Of a DNA stretch of 64,000 nucleotides, positions 63,380-64,000 are shown piece by piece; position 1 is the first letter of the stretch; each line of letters starts with the position of its first letter. A program made the position numbers and the translations under genes. The DNA comes from Candidatus Levyibacteriota bacterium (lineage in GTDB: Bacteria; Patescibacteriota; Microgenomatia; Levybacterales; UBA12049), in assembly GCA_049519175.1 (NCBI GenBank), contig JBEKQZ010000001.1, positions 224,043 to 288,042 of the forward strand, in the 5' to 3' direction. Under the pieces are notes generated by a model that saw nothing but the letters and a program-made list of their open reading frames with translations, did not search any database and was not told the origin of the DNA.

Positions 63380-63927
63380 ATAAAATTTTGAGACGAATCA
63401 AAACAGTTTTTTGGGAATTAGTATGTTGGAAACTAGCCGTTACAGGCTACATTCCCTCGCATTATTTGAGAAGATTCGTCTATCGATTTTGGGGCATAAA
63501 AATCGGCAAAGGCTCAACAATTCACATGGGGGCGCACTTTTATTATTCTCCAAATATTTCAATCGGACAGGATTCAATAATTGGTGAAGGAGTAGTTTTG
63601 GATGGACGTGATAAACTAACCATCGGAAATCACGTTGATATAGCTTCGGAAGTAATGATTTATAATGCACAGCATGATGTTCACGACGAGAATTTTAAGG
63701 CAATCTCTTCTCCTGTTACTATTGAAGATTACGTATTTATTGGACCAAGAGCAATCATTTTACCGGGTGTCACAATCAAAAAAGGCGCGGTAGTTGGCGC
63801 CGGCGCAGTGGTCACAAAGGATGTAGAAGAATTTAAAATTGTCGGTGGAGTGCCGGCCAAAGAAATCACTGATAGACAAAACAAAAATCCCAACTATAAA
63901 CTTGGCAGAGCCGCATGGTTTAGGTAA
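63376..63927 (+). CDS. Hexapeptide-repeat (left-handed beta-helix) O-acetyltransferase (WcaF/Mac-like)
   Basis: Tandem hexapeptide repeats: IGNHVDIASEVMIYNAQH...IEDYVFIGPRAIILPGVTIKKGAVVGAGAVVTKDV. The ATG at 63376 overlaps the upstream TGA. The ORF track starts at 63319. Confidence 0.8.
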   Translation: MNKILRRIKTVFWELVCWKLAVTGYIPSHYLRRFVYRFWGIKIGKGSTIHMGAHFYYSPNISIGQDSIIGEGVVLDGRDKLTIGNHVDIASEVMIYNAQHDVHDENFKAISSPVTIEDYVFIGPRAIILPGVTIKKGAVVGAGAVVTKDVEEFKIVGGVPAKEITDRQNKNPNYKLGRAAWFR

Positions 63928-63941
63928 ATCGTTCTAATCTT

Positions 63942-64000
63942 ATGGATTTATCGATAATAATTTTAAGTTTTAACACGAAAGATTTAACGCTTGCCTGCAT
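63942..64000 (+). CDS. 5' end of another GT2-type glycosyltransferase gene (runs off window)
   Basis: MDLSIIILSFNTKDLTLAC.. is a typical GT2 N-terminus. Partial. Confidence 0.4.
   Translation, partial: MDLSIIILSFNTKDLTLAC

Noticed and set aside
1-64000. Search for CRISPR arrays, tRNA/rRNA genes, transposases or integrases, and phage genes
   Set aside because: No spaced direct-repeat arrays were found. Apart from the 7.1-7.4 kb gap holding the minus-strand small gene, intergenic gaps are all under about 90 nt, too short for an RNA gene. No ORF carries DDE-transposase or tyrosine/serine-recombinase signatures. The only mobile-looking cargo is the Fic gene.

Overview
This is an AT-rich, extremely gene-dense window in which essentially every real gene lies on the + strand, with many ATGA or TAATG start/stop overlaps. 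That architecture is typical of a Patescibacteria/CPR-like genome, but no assignment can be made from the sequence alone. Almost the whole window is one giant cell-surface glycosylation locus. It encodes about 11 GT2 and 4 GT4 cytoplasmic glycosyltransferases, including several polyprenol-phosphate sugar synthases (DPM1/GtrB-like), and 2 Wzx-like flippases. It also carries an unusually large array of about 18 polytopic GT-C-like membrane glycosyltransferases in at least four paralog families: YfhO-like, ArnT/PMT (GT39)-like, a third family with a YDQ.RD loop motif, and a GT87/DUF2029-like family. Decoration enzymes are present too: 3 methyltransferases, an acyltransferase-3 enzyme and a hexapeptide acetyltransferase. 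A nucleotide-sugar module sits in the middle of the locus (galE; rfbF-rfbG CDP-glucose pathway). It is followed by an unexpected block of central-carbon-type enzymes: archaeal-type PEP carboxylase, transaldolase, a dehydroquinate-synthase-like cyclase, an HpcH/HpaI-type aldolase, a YerE/acetolactate-synthase-like ThDP enzyme and two SDRs. This looks like an undescribed pathway for an unusual branched, higher-carbon or carbocyclic sugar. The most novel-looking element is a conserved extracytoplasmic N-terminal domain of about 150 aa shared by four proteins. It is fused to three unrelated membrane catalytic modules: GT87-like, YfhO-like and acyltransferase-3. Other notable points are a gene-conversion tract between tandem paralogs, a frameshifted PMT-like gene, a Fic (AMPylase-type) gene with a wHTH inserted where a GT4 gene is truncated and preceded by a 10-bp x4 tandem repeat, and a LamG-like lectin domain fused to a polytopic membrane protein. 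No rRNA, tRNA, CRISPR array, transposase or integrase was recognised.
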